A stretch of DNA of 62,495 nucleotides, counting the filler, from Rhabdomonas costata (Eukaryota): assembly GCA_019059605.1 (NCBI GenBank). It is 18 parts of 18 records of this genome, joined end to end, with 100 filler letters (N's around TTAATTAATTAA, not from the genome) between each part and the next. Parts side by side here need not be neighbours in the genome. Positions count along the whole stretch, not along the records: positions 59,133 to 62,495 come from JAHMHO010000945.1; 17 more parts are not named here. One strand, written 5' to 3'. How positions within the stretch are numbered: position 1 is the stretch's first letter; every line of letters starts with the position of its first letter. The notes below the pieces were generated by a model. It made no database searches. It saw nothing but the letters and a program-made list of their open reading frames with translations, and was not told where the DNA came from. A program made the position numbers and the translations under genes. Below are positions 61,616 to 62,495 of the stretch, one piece after another.

Positions 61616-62495
61616 CTATGAATAGTGTTGAGAAGAGAGAATTGCAGGTGAATCCTATGGTGAGGGAAGGCAGCGAAAACAGACCCAAAATAGACACGCA
61701 CGGAGCACATCAGACCTATCGTGGAGAACCCTCGTCACCGCACAAAAAAGATGATGGGATGCGCTGTTATGGGTGCTCTAGTAGGTGGCCTATCTGGCCT
61801 CTTCAGCCTCCGGAACCTCACCAACGTCACGTCGGGGGCCTCTTCGGAAATGGGGGTAGGTCCACTTATTTCGGCCCCAAACGTCACCACATTCGCTGGG
61901 TGAAGTCCTCCATTGTCACTCCAAAGCTGGCTGATACTGCCCATAAGGTTACCTTGCTTCGTCCGTCACCGGACCTCACGAGGATATGCGTTTCCATTTG
62001 TTGCTCCAAAACGCACACACCCATTCCCAAATGCATGGTATTGTCACCTATGCACGAGCACCGCATGGAATTATCCGCGTCACCAAAAAATTCACAACCG
62101 AAAAAGTGCACTCTAAATCAGACATTTTCGGACCTTAGAAGCTAAAAAGCGGAAAACTGGCTTTGGAGGTGTTTTTTCCTCTTTTCGGCCTGTGTGTCTA
62201 CCCAACCTCTTATTTATGAGATGACAGGGGTCATATATAATAGCAGCCCTCCACACGTCTCACCACCGAAATCCGGAGGGTGTCTTCAGAACCAGGACAC
62301 AATCACACCCACACCGATAAAAAAATCCACGCTAAACGACGACACCCAACCAAAAAAATATACCCAACTTTGAGCAAACAAATCACACAAAGACCCAAGT
62401 TTACGTATATATAGTTGGTGTGAGCGTGTTCTGTCAATAACATCCGAAGAAAAGTAGAAACGTCGCAAATGGGCATTCGCCACTCCCACCAAAAA

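Noticed and set aside
1..62495. rRNA, tRNA, CRISPR arrays, telomeric arrays and euglenid-type non-canonical introns
   Set aside because: None seen by eye. All introns I could resolve are GT-AG or possibly GC-AG. A covariance-model scan was not possible.

Overview
The window is not one continuous locus. It is 18 unrelated contigs of about 3.4 kb joined by artificial 100-nt linkers (44 N + TTAATTAATTAA + 44 N), plus one 531-N scaffold gap. Almost all of it is nuclear DNA of an intron-rich, probably unicellular eukaryote (GC-rich exons, GT-AG introns, CA/GT microsatellites, dispersed repeats); the lineage cannot be fixed from the sequence alone. Recognisable partial eukaryotic genes: a tandem-YTH protein, a class I cyclic-nucleotide phosphodiesterase, a WDR83/MORG1-like and a WDR33/Pfs2-like WD40 protein, an EDEM-like GH47 mannosidase, a bacterial-type acyl-CoA ligase with a mitochondrial-like presequence, a TPR protein with collagen-like repeats, a frameshifted USP-like protease and Ty3/gypsy remnants. 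The outstanding feature is a 1.8-kb AT-rich bacterial Dot/Icm (type IVB secretion) operon fragment, icmG'-icmC-icmD at 27893-29718. It is joined without a gap to an exon of the eukaryotic YTH gene, which points to a Legionellales-like intracellular bacterium associated with this host. G/T-only tracts at contig ends and terminal fold-back repeats indicate whole-genome-amplified material, so the join itself is more likely an amplification chimera than a true insertion. That needs testing.
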